Below, piece by piece: positions 10,695 to 21,125 of a stretch of DNA of 64,000 bases (position 1 is the first letter of the stretch; each line of letters starts with the position of its first letter). Location of the stretch: assembly GCA_049472335.1 (NCBI GenBank), contig JBLIRO010000003.1:1-64000 (forward strand), in the 5' to 3' direction. The translations under genes and the position numbers were made by a program. The notes below the pieces were generated by a model. That model ran no database searches and was not told where the DNA came from. It saw only the letters and a program-made list of their open reading frames with translations. Source of the stretch: a bacterium (lineage in GTDB: Bacteria > SZUA-182 > DTGQ01 > JAFGSM01).

Positions 10695-12116
10695 TCATTT
10701 TCTAGATATTAACGGATTGAATGCACTATTAAGATATTCTTTTATTTCTATAATATGACTTTGTTGCCAACTCAGATATTGCATTGTTCCCTGGTAAATG
10801 CTTTGATGCATGTTTGGATCACTTTGCCACTTTCCTTTGTTATTGAGAACATAATATTTCATAGCATCTAAAAATCCAAGCATAAAGGATTCATCAGTGT
10901 ACTTCGATATCACATATAGAAGCGTTTCTGCATGAAGGACAATGTCTTGGTGAGAAGCTTTTGCCATGTTTGCCGCATATGATATTTTTCCACCGCGATG
11001 TATAACATTTAATCCCATATCAATTCTTATATTTGCATTATTTAGCCAGTATCTATAACAATATTCAAGGTCTTCACTTCCAAATCGGCTGCGGATGTTT
11101 TCATCAAATAAAAGTTGGCTCTCAGTTTTATTTATGTCATTTGTTATACTCAGATTACAAGTAAAACCTACCCGCCATGGATGGAATTGATATCGCTCTA
11201 TTTGAGATACTCTTATCTTCACATCATCTTCTGGAATCGACCTTTCTACTTTATCCTTGATTGCACTAAAAAAATCGATATATTTTGTAGCTTGATCAAA
11301 GTCTTCATTCGTTGCTAAAAGCCTGTTTCCAATAAGGATTCTCGGCTTATGCTCGATTTCACTGTGGATCTGAATATGTTTTTCTACTGTTCCAGGAAGA
11401 GGTACAGAATCACCATCAAAAAATATTATAATATTTCCCGAAGATATCAGGATTCCGTTATTACGGGAAGCTGCTACACGAAAACCACGGTTTGCTTGCC
11501 AGCAGTAAAAAACAGGCATAGATAAGGTTTCTATCTTTTCAAGGAGCATTTTATGATAATCCGGTGATGATCCATCATCAGCAATTACTACTTCGATATT
11601 ATGTAAATTTTTTTCAAGAGTTTGTAATGTGACTGGAATGGAGGTAAAGTGCTCAAAGGCTGCTAAAATTATGGTTGCATCAGGAGTTGATGCTTTATTA
11701 TCATTTATAATTGGAGCAGAGTAGGCTTTGGATGCTCCACTTTCTATACTTTCTAAAGCTTCTTTACTTGTCATAGAGCCTCGTAGAATGACTTGTTCCT
11801 TAGTACGGAGAATTCGCCTGCCATATGATATTGCCTTCATCTCACCAATGTTGGGAGGGATCTCCAATATTCTCAAATCTATGAATTTGTCTGCTTTTTG
11901 CTGAATTTTACTCAATCCCTGAATAGGCCTGTGTATAACAACAACAGCTTCGGCTTCGGTCCCATACTTCTTTGCTAAGGAATCCAATAACTTTGGTATA
12001 GAATCTTTGCTTTTAGAATCATCAAAAATACAAAAACCCCGATTCGGCTTTTTAACAAAGTTTGAAGTAAGTACACTTTCTATATTTAAAGAGGTTAAGT
12101 CAGGTGTTATCATCAA
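10695..12116 (-). CDS. GT2-family glycosyltransferase with N-terminal extension
   Basis: EVVIADDGS, GFRVAASRNNG, IFFDGDSVP, FGSEDLEYCYR. Confidence 0.85.
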   Translation of the reverse strand: MMITPDLTSLNIESVLTSNFVKKPNRGFCIFDDSKSKDSIPKLLDSLAKKYGTEAEAVVVIHRPIQGLSKIQQKADKFIDLRILEIPPNIGEMKAISYGRRILRTKEQVILRGSMTSKEALESIESGASKAYSAPIINDNKASTPDATIILAAFEHFTSIPVTLQTLEKNLHNIEVVIADDGSSPDYHKMLLEKIETLSMPVFYCWQANRGFRVAASRNNGILISSGNIIIFFDGDSVPLPGTVEKHIQIHSEIEHKPRILIGNRLLATNEDFDQATKYIDFFSAIKDKVERSIPEDDVKIRVSQIERYQFHPWRVGFTCNLSITNDINKTESQLLFDENIRSRFGSEDLEYCYRYWLNNANIRIDMGLNVIHRGGKISYAANMAKASHQDIVLHAETLLYVISKYTDESFMLGFLDAMKYYVLNNKGKWQSDPNMHQSIYQGTMQYLSWQQSHIIEIKEYLNSAFNPLISRK

Positions 12117-12124
12117 GTATTCCT

Positions 12125-12766
12125 TTATAATTCTATTGCAATGTCTTTTAATTGCTCAAGCAAAACCTTTGCTACGGCCTCTGGTCCCCTTGCATGAACA
12201 CTGTATATTCCTAAACTAGCTGCTAAATCAACAAATTCTTTGACATCATCTATGTAAAATATTTCCTGTGGTTTTGCCTGGGCTTTCCTAATAGCTTCTT
12301 CATATATTTCTGGTTCAGGTTTTTGGAAGCCTAAATCGGCAGAACATATTACAAAATCAAAAAAACTAGATGCATCATCTAAAGCAGGATTCCCCTTGGC
12401 AGTTCGAAAAGAGTTTGTAACAAGTCCTATCCGAGCCCCTAGTTGAGTACGCCATTTTTGACAAGCGTTTTTCACTTCTTTATCTATCTTCAGGTTGTAA
12501 AATAGGTCAAAGATTGGTTGGCTTGAAATCTTAATACCTTGACTATCTTCAATTTTCTGGACAAGAATTGCAAGGCCGTCTTCCGGAGTTATTGTCCCTG
12601 CCTGCATTTTCCACCATGTGCTATCTCTTGGATCATCTGTAATTGTTGCTGCTCCTATTATGGTTCCTGGTTGGAGTCCAAACTGCGCATCTATTTCAAG
12701 CAAACCATTCGTCGGAGAGGGAGTAAGAACTCCATAAAGATCCATTAATAAACATTTCCATTTCAT
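12125..12766 (-). CDS. HAD-superfamily hydrolase (subfamily IA)
   Basis: MDLYGVL, LVTNS, KPEPEIY, FYIDD. Confidence 0.85.
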   Translation of the reverse strand: MKWKCLLMDLYGVLTPSPTNGLLEIDAQFGLQPGTIIGAATITDDPRDSTWWKMQAGTITPEDGLAILVQKIEDSQGIKISSQPIFDLFYNLKIDKEVKNACQKWRTQLGARIGLVTNSFRTAKGNPALDDASSFFDFVICSADLGFQKPEPEIYEEAIRKAQAKPQEIFYIDDVKEFVDLAASLGIYSVHARGPEAVAKVLLEQLKDIAIEL

Positions 12767-14256
12767 TATATCACCTCAAAAGGATTGTATGCGGGGCCAA
12801 GCTTATTGACCTCCTCTAATTTACCATAAAATGCATCATCTATCTCTTTCGGTGTAGCATACCAATGTTTATAGCGATATGATGATGGTCTATCTATACA
12901 AATCCATCGCACAAAAAATTGTAAAGGCAAGTAGGAATCATGAGTAAATCCTGCACGTGGACGATCATTTCTTCCAACTTCACACATCCGGTCTGCACCG
13001 CATAGGGCTACTTCATCCCTCACTTCTTCCTGGATTGACCATGGATACAAACCTACTGTTTGTGTATTTCGATCAATCCATGGTAATACATCTCTCCATC
13101 CATCCACTTTAACTATAATAACTGTTCTTGTAAAAGGATGCTCAACTGCCAAATGCGCAGCGGCTGTTTTATCAGATGTTTCTAATACTGCCCAGGGAGG
13201 TTTGCCAGGCTCAGAAGTAATTATTCGAACTCCAAGAATTTTAGCTTGAAGCAAGAACTGACTTCTCCGAGCAGCATTATCAAAAAAGGTGATTCCTGGT
13301 TGACGTGCTTTCTGAATATACATCATCCACTTTGCAAGGATGTCCGCAAAACCATCCGTCTCTCCATAGGCAAAAATCATTTGTGTTGAAAAACAGGCTT
13401 CTTGATCATAGGAAATAATATCGTGAACAAGGCGCCTTGCGGCATCAGATCCATCTTCAGAATTTTGTAACTGAACTATCGACAAACTACGTTTTGGACC
13501 AAAAACAAGTATGGGAACCCCTGTAGGAGTTGCCTTTTGCACTTCTTCACAGGCCTTATCTCCTCCCCATACAGAAACCGCACCTGATCTATTTAAAATT
13601 TCTTGATGCAATTTACAATTATGATCCCAATATCCCACTGTTATTGAGTGTGTAACAGGATGATTAGGAATTACTTCAACAAATGCCTGGGCAAAACATA
13701 GTGCAGTAATAGGATCACGTGATGGTAATTTAGCAATTGAAGCTCCTTTTATCAGAATACTACGAATAAGTGTATATAAAGCAGCAGCAGGAACATTTCC
13801 AACCATAACATGATAGATTAGACCTCTTGGTATTGCTCGTCTATAAACACATTTGCTAGGCAGCCATTCATCAAGAGCATGAAATGTCCCTAATTCGCAC
13901 TCTAGCATACTATAAAGACGCTCCTGGCCTGCCATCATATCAGCTACAGCATACAAATCCCGTCCGGCTACCTCTGGAGGATATCCTGTTACCTGAGATA
14001 TTAATTTTGAATGATTTACCAGCTTTTCCTTATCGCCTATAATATGATGACCTACTCGTGAAACCACAGATGTTATTTCATCCACTGAAAGATTAGCTAT
14101 GCAAAATGGTTCCGGTATTATTTCTTCGGGGGATAGTTTTTCTATATCGGGTAATACTATTTGAAGATCATTCTCATAACTGAGAGTAACAACTTCTTGT
14201 ACATCCTTTGTATGTAACTGCTTCCCCTTTACAATAACAGGCAAATGTATTTGCAT
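12766..14256 (-). CDS. luxC: LuxC-type long-chain acyl-CoA/acyl-protein reductase
   Basis: PRGLIYHVMVGNVP, KLPSRDPITA, WGGDKA, FGPKRS, catalytic YDQEACFSTQ, RAGFTHD. Confidence 0.9.
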   Translation of the reverse strand: MQIHLPVIVKGKQLHTKDVQEVVTLSYENDLQIVLPDIEKLSPEEIIPEPFCIANLSVDEITSVVSRVGHHIIGDKEKLVNHSKLISQVTGYPPEVAGRDLYAVADMMAGQERLYSMLECELGTFHALDEWLPSKCVYRRAIPRGLIYHVMVGNVPAAALYTLIRSILIKGASIAKLPSRDPITALCFAQAFVEVIPNHPVTHSITVGYWDHNCKLHQEILNRSGAVSVWGGDKACEEVQKATPTGVPILVFGPKRSLSIVQLQNSEDGSDAARRLVHDIISYDQEACFSTQMIFAYGETDGFADILAKWMMYIQKARQPGITFFDNAARRSQFLLQAKILGVRIITSEPGKPPWAVLETSDKTAAAHLAVEHPFTRTVIIVKVDGWRDVLPWIDRNTQTVGLYPWSIQEEVRDEVALCGADRMCEVGRNDRPRAGFTHDSYLPLQFFVRWICIDRPSSYRYKHWYATPKEIDDAFYGKLEEVNKLGPAYNPFEVI

Positions 14257-14303
14257 TTTTTACCTTCCTGCCTTCAGAAATGGCAATATAGTTTTTTCCT
14301 ATT

Positions 14304-14394
14304 CAATGTCATTAAGTTAAAGCTAAATTTTTCTTAGTTTTCCTTTAAAAAAGGATAGATATTCAGACGTAAAATGCTTAACCTAATGACATTG
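14304..14394. mobile_element. 91-bp MITE with IS4-type TIRs and a 10-bp target-site duplication
   Basis: Ends CAATGTCATTAAGTTAA...TTAACCTAATGACATTG; TTTTCCTATT is duplicated at 14294-14303 and 14395-14404. Confidence 0.9.
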
Positions 14395-14418
14395 TTTTCC
14401 TATTTATTTTTTACATTT

Positions 14419-15054
14419 TTAATTTTGAAACTTATTCCATTGCAATATCAGTTTATCACTTGGATCAACATTTGGAATGCCCTGACCGTAAACTATTACA
14501 TTGGCATTATCCTTTGGATTATGCTGCTCTATATATCTATCTTCTGCAGGCATCCAAATATTTTCCCATTGAGAACGAGCATCCTTTCCATCACGATTCA
14601 ATCCTCGTTCTAATCGAAGTCCTCGGGGGCAATCCACCCAGATTAAAAAATCGTAGTAATTACGTAATTCTAGGCTTGTTGTAAAAACGCCTTCAATAAG
14701 AATAATACCTTCGGGTTTACATTCAACCCAATCCTCTAATCTATCAGAACTCCAATTATATATCTGGTATTTAGCCGGTCTATTTTCTGACAGAGGTTTT
14801 AATACTTGTGTCTTTAAACGCCGCCAATCATATAAATCACCAATTATTTGCTGCTTTTCTGGTTGTATGTTACTTGGTAAATAAAAATCATCAATATGTA
14901 CTATTTGCACATCTGGGGATAGCTTGGCAAATACCATAGCCAAAGTGCTTTTGCCGGATCCGCCTACTCCATCGATGCCCACTAGTAATGTATTTTGTTT
15001 TCGTGGTAGTTGTGTTATTTTTTTCCAAAAAACCTTTGTTTCGATTTTTTTCAT
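14419..15054 (-). CDS. Uridine kinase-like P-loop kinase
   Basis: VGIDGVGGSGKST, VHIDDFY, ILIEGV, RLERGLNRDG. Confidence 0.8.
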   Translation of the reverse strand: MKKIETKVFWKKITQLPRKQNTLLVGIDGVGGSGKSTLAMVFAKLSPDVQIVHIDDFYLPSNIQPEKQQIIGDLYDWRRLKTQVLKPLSENRPAKYQIYNWSSDRLEDWVECKPEGIILIEGVFTTSLELRNYYDFLIWVDCPRGLRLERGLNRDGKDARSQWENIWMPAEDRYIEQHNPKDNANVIVYGQGIPNVDPSDKLILQWNKFQN

Positions 15055-15058
15055 ATCC

Positions 15059-16258
15059 CTAATTCCAAGCTATCTTCTTATATAATGCGAGTATTCGATC
15101 TGCTACATGATTTGCCCTAAAGTTGTTATGTACATAAGTTGATGCTTTCTGGGACAACCGTTTTCTCAATGCAGGATCTCTCATTAAAGCCAGAATGCCT
15201 TCTGCTAGGGATTCAGGGGATTTTGGTTCCACAATCCATGAATTTACATTATGGATGGCTATTTCGTCGAATCCCCGGGTATTTGTTAGCAAAGTACATG
15301 TATTTGTAGCCATTGCTTCTAAAGCTGCTCCCCCTAGTCCCTCCAAATGACTCGGCTGAACTACAATGTCTGCCGCTGCCATCAAGTGTGGTAACTCTGC
15401 AAAGGGTGTTTCAAGTTTAATTATAAATATTTTTTCCAGGTTTGCTTTTTTTATTTCATAAAGAACTTCATCCATATATTCTTTTGAGCCAGAATTTATG
15501 GAACCTGTCATAATGACACGGAATTTGTCTCTATCAATAGGGAGGGATGCAACAGCTTTTACTAGTTCGAGTTGGCCTTTCCGCGGAGTAAACCGGCTAG
15601 GACAGCAAAGTATGAAAACATCATCGGTTAGAGAAAGCATTTTTCTTCCTTTGTTTCGTGATCCTTTGCTGAACCTGTCTACCTCAACGCCTGGTAAGAT
15701 TCGATGGACCTTATGGCGGGGAAGATTATATTTATAGGCTAATTCTTCATAAAATTTTGACCATGCTAGATAAGCATCTATCTGATCCAAACTATGTATA
15801 AATGAAGATCGAGACTGACCAAATGGATTATTTGATTCAGTAGCGATCTCACCGAATGCAGTAATAATTGGTATTTGACCCAGGGCTTCTCTTGCTATTA
15901 CAGCTGATAAAGCAGTGTCATGAGAAGCTGCATGTATAATATCTACTGGGTTTATTGATAATGCATTATAAAGGGCTTCTGCTCTATAAAAAGTATCGTA
16001 TTCCCAAACCACACTCCCTGGGGGAGGATTTCTTTTAACCCATGTTGAAGATCCTCCTGATTTTTCTAAAATCCTTATCAAAGAAGGTTCTAATTCGGTT
16101 CCGGCTACTATATGAACAACAACATTTCGTATTGCCAGTTGATATGCCAGTGTTCCTAAAAATACTTCAATACCCCCAACAACTGGTGGAAAAGCAGGAG
16201 CAAATAAACAGACACGTATGCACGATTTATCAGTTCCCGTTCTATTCATATTCGACAT
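15059..16258 (-). CDS. GT4-family glycosyltransferase
   Basis: FPPVVGGIE, RFTPRKGQ, VQPSHLEGLGGAALEAMA. Confidence 0.9.
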   Translation of the reverse strand: MSNMNRTGTDKSCIRVCLFAPAFPPVVGGIEVFLGTLAYQLAIRNVVVHIVAGTELEPSLIRILEKSGGSSTWVKRNPPPGSVVWEYDTFYRAEALYNALSINPVDIIHAASHDTALSAVIAREALGQIPIITAFGEIATESNNPFGQSRSSFIHSLDQIDAYLAWSKFYEELAYKYNLPRHKVHRILPGVEVDRFSKGSRNKGRKMLSLTDDVFILCCPSRFTPRKGQLELVKAVASLPIDRDKFRVIMTGSINSGSKEYMDEVLYEIKKANLEKIFIIKLETPFAELPHLMAAADIVVQPSHLEGLGGAALEAMATNTCTLLTNTRGFDEIAIHNVNSWIVEPKSPESLAEGILALMRDPALRKRLSQKASTYVHNNFRANHVADRILALYKKIAWN

Positions 16259-17034
16259 GCCTCGACTGCAAAAGATTCATAATCTGGGCCAGGGAAACGT
16301 TCATAATGAGTTCCTGGTATTTTTTCAAAATAGGCAGTATGGTCACTTTTAAGTTCTACTATATTACTGAATCCTGCTTTGCAAAGAAGATCTATTAATA
16401 GAGGGGCAGATAAAAGGGATTTATGGTCACCCCACTGGTGACTAATTCGATTAGCCACAATCCAGTGACTTATAGGAGTTATTTCTGTTCGGTGAATCTC
16501 TTGGTCATACAGGATTTGCTCCTGCACTTCAATATCCGCAGGATTATTGATTATACGAATAAGAAATCGTGCATCAGGGGAAACGATTCTAATAACACCT
16601 CTGGATTGTAACACACGATAACACTCATTAAGTAAACGACTTACATCATCAAGAAAAAGATGTTCCAATGAGTGCTCTGCTAAAATAGCTTTTACACTCT
16701 GATTTGGCAAATTCAAGGGTCTTCGCAAATCACCATAAAATACGTTTGTCCCTCGATTATAAATATCTATACCAATCCATCCAATTGGAACAGATTTTCC
16801 AGATCCTAATGAAATACATAGTTCCCCTTTTTTCGTTAACCTATGTAATGCAATCCGACTAAAAAAATTTTTGTATAAGTGATTAATTGCCGAACAAAAT
16901 GAAGAAAAACTGTCCCTTAATTCTTGGATTTTTGATATTCTTGGCAGTCCCCATTCTTTGTCGTCATTCAACCATATGGGTCTACGCATACTATTCCTTT
17001 CGACGAGCAAGTAGCACTCCAGGACCATTGCCAC
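16246..17034 (-). CDS. Class I SAM-dependent methyltransferase
   Basis: ISLGSG...WIGID, EHSLEHL, ECYRVLQSRGVIRIVSPD. Confidence 0.8.
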   Translation of the reverse strand: MAMVLECYLLVERNSMRRPIWLNDDKEWGLPRISKIQELRDSFSSFCSAINHLYKNFFSRIALHRLTKKGELCISLGSGKSVPIGWIGIDIYNRGTNVFYGDLRRPLNLPNQSVKAILAEHSLEHLFLDDVSRLLNECYRVLQSRGVIRIVSPDARFLIRIINNPADIEVQEQILYDQEIHRTEITPISHWIVANRISHQWGDHKSLLSAPLLIDLLCKAGFSNIVELKSDHTAYFEKIPGTHYERFPGPDYESFAVEACRI

Positions 17035-17746
17035 TACTTAAAGGAGACTTTTCATAGTTGGCATATTCGCTGATAATTTCAAAATTTAGAATCGTTAAAA
17101 ACTCTCTCAGTTCATGATAATCTATTAAAGCAACTTCAATAGGAACTGTAATAGATTCTATAAGAGTATTTTCAAACCATGTCTCATAATAATATGTCTG
17201 TTGACACAGATTCTCACATTTCTTATTTATTTGAACATCCATTGTATAACGACATTTCCCAATGCTCCGATTAGCCACTAAAAGACGAGGCTGGTCTTTA
17301 ACCTGTTCCTTAGATAAAAGCCCATCAAGCAGGAAAATTCCTCCGGGTTTTAAATGTCTATGTATATTAGATAGCGCCGAAATCCGTTCAGCCCTAGTTA
17401 AAAAATGTCCATAGACTTCCAAAAGATATGCAACATCCGCCTGCACTCCTGGTAATTGAAAAGAAGTTGCATCACCTGGAATTATTGTTAAAGTATCAGC
17501 AACTCTTGGTTCATGTGCAGCTTTTGTAAGTAGAGTATGCCTCATTCCCGGTGACGGCTCTATAGCATAAATCTTTCGTCCCGAAATTGCTAAAGGTATT
17601 GCATAACGTCCTGTTCCAGCTCCAATTTCAATAAAGGTTTGATTAGGAGTGCTTATATCCATTAAGAACGATAATGCTGGAGCACTTTCTGATTGCCAGA
17701 ATAAATCATAATAAGGAGTTGTCGCTTCATATTCTGCTTTATTCAT
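16991..17746 (-). CDS. Class I SAM-dependent methyltransferase
   Basis: IEIGAGTGR, AIEPSPGM, HRHLKPGGIFLLD. Confidence 0.88.
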   Translation of the reverse strand: MNKAEYEATTPYYDLFWQSESAPALSFLMDISTPNQTFIEIGAGTGRYAIPLAISGRKIYAIEPSPGMRHTLLTKAAHEPRVADTLTIIPGDATSFQLPGVQADVAYLLEVYGHFLTRAERISALSNIHRHLKPGGIFLLDGLLSKEQVKDQPRLLVANRSIGKCRYTMDVQINKKCENLCQQTYYYETWFENTLIESITVPIEVALIDYHELREFLTILNFEIISEYANYEKSPLSSGNGPGVLLARRKE

Positions 17747-17774
17747 TTTGCTTCCATATTATTTTTCATATTTA

Positions 17775-18782
17775 TCAAGATTTACTACGAGCTTCTTTGT
17801 TTGGTTCATCATCTCGTAAAACTTCACTAAAGGCCCATAATTCCTCAACAACTTTTTTCACAGAATCATCTGATGTACTTACATTCCACCCAGTACTGAG
17901 CAATTTCCCAATATCAAGAGCAACTAGTGGAACATCTCCTTTCCATCCAGATTTTTCAGTTCCAAAAGAAATGCTTTCACTATCTATACCTGAAACAGAT
18001 ACTACAATCTTAGCTATATCACTTACACTGGTTATACCTTTAGAGCTTATGTTATACACTTCTATTCCATTATTATTATAGGCTGCAAGATAAAGCATTG
18101 CCTTAACTAATTCCTCTACAATTATAAAAGAACGGGCTTGAGCCCCATCTCCTAACACTTTGATGTTTCCATTTTTTTTGACCTGAGCAATAAACGATGG
18201 AATTACACCATGATCCATTTGCCTACCAATGATTGTACCAGGTCTTATTATAGTTGCTGGAAATCCATGTAATGCGGCGAATGAACTGACTAAACCTTCT
18301 CCTGCTAATTTACCTGCACCATAGGTTGAAATTGGCAGGAGGGGGCCGTCTATTTCACGGGCTGGCTTTTTTGATGTCAACAAACCATACACAGCAGAGC
18401 TTGAAGTATAAACAAGTGGAATGCCTCCTATTTTTGTTAAAGAAACAAGAACGTGGATTGTTGGTAAAATTCCATTATTTAGATCCCAATATTGATCATA
18501 AGCTCCCCGAGCCATATCTGTTGCAGCAGCCAGATGAAAAAGAATGTCCTGACCTCGTATATTCTCAATGAACTTTTCATCATCTTTAATATCTAACTGA
18601 ATGCAATTTAGTAGATTATGCTTTAATAGGTCATTCACTCTTGTCCATTTGTCCAACGGGAGAATATCAAAAGCTATCACATTTATTCCATTTTGTACCA
18701 GTTCACGCACTAATGTACTGCCTACAAAACCAGCAGCTCCTGTAATTGCTACATTACGCCAAGGATATTTTGAACTACTCAT
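17775..18782 (-). CDS. NAD-dependent epimerase/dehydratase (extended SDR)
   Basis: ITGAAGFVG, FHLAA, SSSAVYG, YGAGK. Confidence 0.9.
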   Translation of the reverse strand: MSSSKYPWRNVAITGAAGFVGSTLVRELVQNGINVIAFDILPLDKWTRVNDLLKHNLLNCIQLDIKDDEKFIENIRGQDILFHLAAATDMARGAYDQYWDLNNGILPTIHVLVSLTKIGGIPLVYTSSSAVYGLLTSKKPAREIDGPLLPISTYGAGKLAGEGLVSSFAALHGFPATIIRPGTIIGRQMDHGVIPSFIAQVKKNGNIKVLGDGAQARSFIIVEELVKAMLYLAAYNNNGIEVYNISSKGITSVSDIAKIVVSVSGIDSESISFGTEKSGWKGDVPLVALDIGKLLSTGWNVSTSDDSVKKVVEELWAFSEVLRDDEPNKEARSKS

Positions 18783-19569
18783 GTGTTAACTCCTTTTGTT
18801 TTTTCCAATATACACCCGTCCAGTCAATCATGGTGAGGGATTCTTCAATATTTTTTTTCCCACGAAAATCATCCACAGCCTTTTTACAATTACTTATTGC
18901 ACCATAATCATCGACAATACAATAACCTCCTGGAGAAATATGAGGATAAAGCGCCTCTAATGCCTGCCAGGTTGATTCATACATATCTCCATCTACCCTT
19001 AATAAAGCAAGCTTTTCTACAGGTGCTTCATAGAGGGTATCTTTAAACCACCCTTCAAGGAATTTCACTTGATCATCTAATAGATCAAAAGCAGAGAAAT
19101 TTTCTTCTACGATTTTTCTTGAGATCTTTAGTTCTTTTCGAGTCCAATGTATATCTCCTTGATCAGCAGGAAAGGCCTCAGGATTAGGTTTTGGTAGTCC
19201 TTGAAAGGAGTCTGCAACCCAAACATTTCGATCCTTTATTCCGTATGCTGCTAAAATTCCCCTCATGTAGATAACTGCTCCACCACGCCAAACACCAGCT
19301 TCTAACAAATCACCTGGTATATCATTTCTAAGAATATCTTCAACAAGGAACCGGATATTTTCAAGACGTGCAATTCCGATCATGGTTTCAGCGTTATCAT
19401 AAAAATCTCGCCCCTCCAAAACTGCATGATAATTCACTTTTCTTGATCCTTCAGGAAACAACGCCCCTTTGGTGGTAATCCGCATTAGTGTGTTACGAAG
19501 TAATGCAAGATACAATTGTTCTGAGCCTTCATTTAAGACTATTTTAGGCAAATCACATTTAATTTTCAT
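18775..19569 (-). CDS. TylF/MycF/NovP-family sugar O-methyltransferase
   Basis: IPGDLLEAGVWRGG, VWVADSFQGLP, GWFKDTL, LRVDGDMYEST, IVDDY. Confidence 0.92.
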   Translation of the reverse strand: MKIKCDLPKIVLNEGSEQLYLALLRNTLMRITTKGALFPEGSRKVNYHAVLEGRDFYDNAETMIGIARLENIRFLVEDILRNDIPGDLLEAGVWRGGAVIYMRGILAAYGIKDRNVWVADSFQGLPKPNPEAFPADQGDIHWTRKELKISRKIVEENFSAFDLLDDQVKFLEGWFKDTLYEAPVEKLALLRVDGDMYESTWQALEALYPHISPGGYCIVDDYGAISNCKKAVDDFRGKKNIEESLTMIDWTGVYWKKQKELTHE

Positions 19570-19573
19570 GGTA

Positions 19574-20254
19574 TTATTTCCCTTTATTATTTAATGGTTC
19601 ATTATTCCAGACAAGAAATCCACCAGGAGCGAAGGTAAAGCCAAATTTTTCCTCTCGCGCTTTATCACGTTGATAATCATTTGGATATTCATTAAAATAA
19701 CGTTCCATTGCTTCCCATGGGCCATCTCCCCAATTAGGAAGAATGGGATGGCCATTTATATTTCCATCCTCAATAATTACCCAGTCTCCTTTTTTTAGAA
19801 TCCTACGTAGCATAACCATTTCTTTATATACATGATTTGCAGAATGATCAGAATCAACTATTACAAACATTGGCCCGGCAAATTGATCTCGAACAGAAAG
19901 TATTTGTTTAACAATAGATGTGTCGGTTGAATCTGAAATTATTACTTTGATATTCGGATCTGAAAAAACCTTTTGATCTATATTTTCCTTATTAATATCA
20001 ATGGTTATTATTTTAAATGGTTTCTTTAGCTCCTTAAGAACTGTTGAGAAAAAGAGGGTTGATCCGCCTTTATAGGTACCCAATTCAATAATAACCGAAG
20101 GATTTAGTTTTGTTAATATCTCTTGATAATTCCATAAATCCAATACTGATTTATTTACTTTAACACCTAACCATGTGGTATATTCCCACACTCTAGAACG
20201 ATAATACCATTTATGATATTCATCAAATATTTTTTTACCATCTGCACCCATCAC
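19574..20254 (-). CDS. CmcI / rhamnosyl O-methyltransferase family protein
   Basis: TWLGV...DLWNYQEI, IIELGTYKGGS, DSDHSANHV, IEDGN, FTFAPGGFL. Confidence 0.85.
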   Translation of the reverse strand: MMGADGKKIFDEYHKWYYRSRVWEYTTWLGVKVNKSVLDLWNYQEILTKLNPSVIIELGTYKGGSTLFFSTVLKELKKPFKIITIDINKENIDQKVFSDPNIKVIISDSTDTSIVKQILSVRDQFAGPMFVIVDSDHSANHVYKEMVMLRRILKKGDWVIIEDGNINGHPILPNWGDGPWEAMERYFNEYPNDYQRDKAREEKFGFTFAPGGFLVWNNEPLNNKGK

Positions 20255-21125
20255 TATTCCCTTTAGTTTTTATTAATTTTTTATTTATAAATATTTCTGT
20301 TCGCCCTCTTTTTTGAATAATAGGAACTAATCCTGCTTTTTTTAATTGTTTCCGAACAGTCTTACCATTAATATATTTATCATGAATTTCTCCTATTAAA
20401 ATCCTAACCTTTTGTAACCATTCAGAAGATCCCTTTATTAAACCTGCCTCTGCTCCTTCAATATCCATCTTGAGAATATCTATATATTCAGTATCATTTA
20501 ATGCTAGAATTTCAGACATCGTCACTGCTTCAACAAAACACGGGGCCTGAGCAGTTCGATGTTCTGCACGACGTTTGTCTCCCTGTCGTTTCCGTGCTAT
20601 CTGTTCTATAGTAGTACCACTAGCCCACCACTTACTCCAATAAAAGATTATTTTCCCAGGTTTGTTCTGTATAGCACCGGGAATAATAGTAACATGATTC
20701 ATAAGATTCCCGGCGGTTTTCCTAAGAAGCTTTAAATTTTCAGGTAAAGGCTCAACAGCAATTATTTTTGCATCAGGATAACAAGCTGAAAAGTAAGCCG
20801 ATGCAAATCCTATGTTTGCACCTAAATCTACAACCAGCTTCGCATCTTTGAGAAATCCCAAGAGATTATAGGTGTTCATAACGAAAATCTCCCAGAATAT
20901 CTCTGCGTCGCTTGAGGAAAGTCGATAATATAAACAAATCAATTTTCCATTATGCTTTATTCTTATACGAAAAAAACTATTAGAAGGTTCCCAATCAATT
21001 GGTACAAAATTGAGGATCACTAGTATTAAAATTTGTATATAACTAAATCCATATCCAAGATGAAATATTCTTCTTATTATTTTAAAAATTCCCTCTACCT
21101 GTGCATTGAACTTTTTGAAAAACAA
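20235..21125 (-). CDS. FkbM-family methyltransferase
   Basis: VDLGANIG, AVEPLPEN, IDILKMDIEGAE, GEIH. Confidence 0.9.
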   Translation of the reverse strand: MFFKKFNAQVEGIFKIIRRIFHLGYGFSYIQILILVILNFVPIDWEPSNSFFRIRIKHNGKLICLYYRLSSSDAEIFWEIFVMNTYNLLGFLKDAKLVVDLGANIGFASAYFSACYPDAKIIAVEPLPENLKLLRKTAGNLMNHVTIIPGAIQNKPGKIIFYWSKWWASGTTIEQIARKRQGDKRRAEHRTAQAPCFVEAVTMSEILALNDTEYIDILKMDIEGAEAGLIKGSSEWLQKVRILIGEIHDKYINGKTVRKQLKKAGLVPIIQKRGRTEIFINKKLIKTKGNSDGCRW

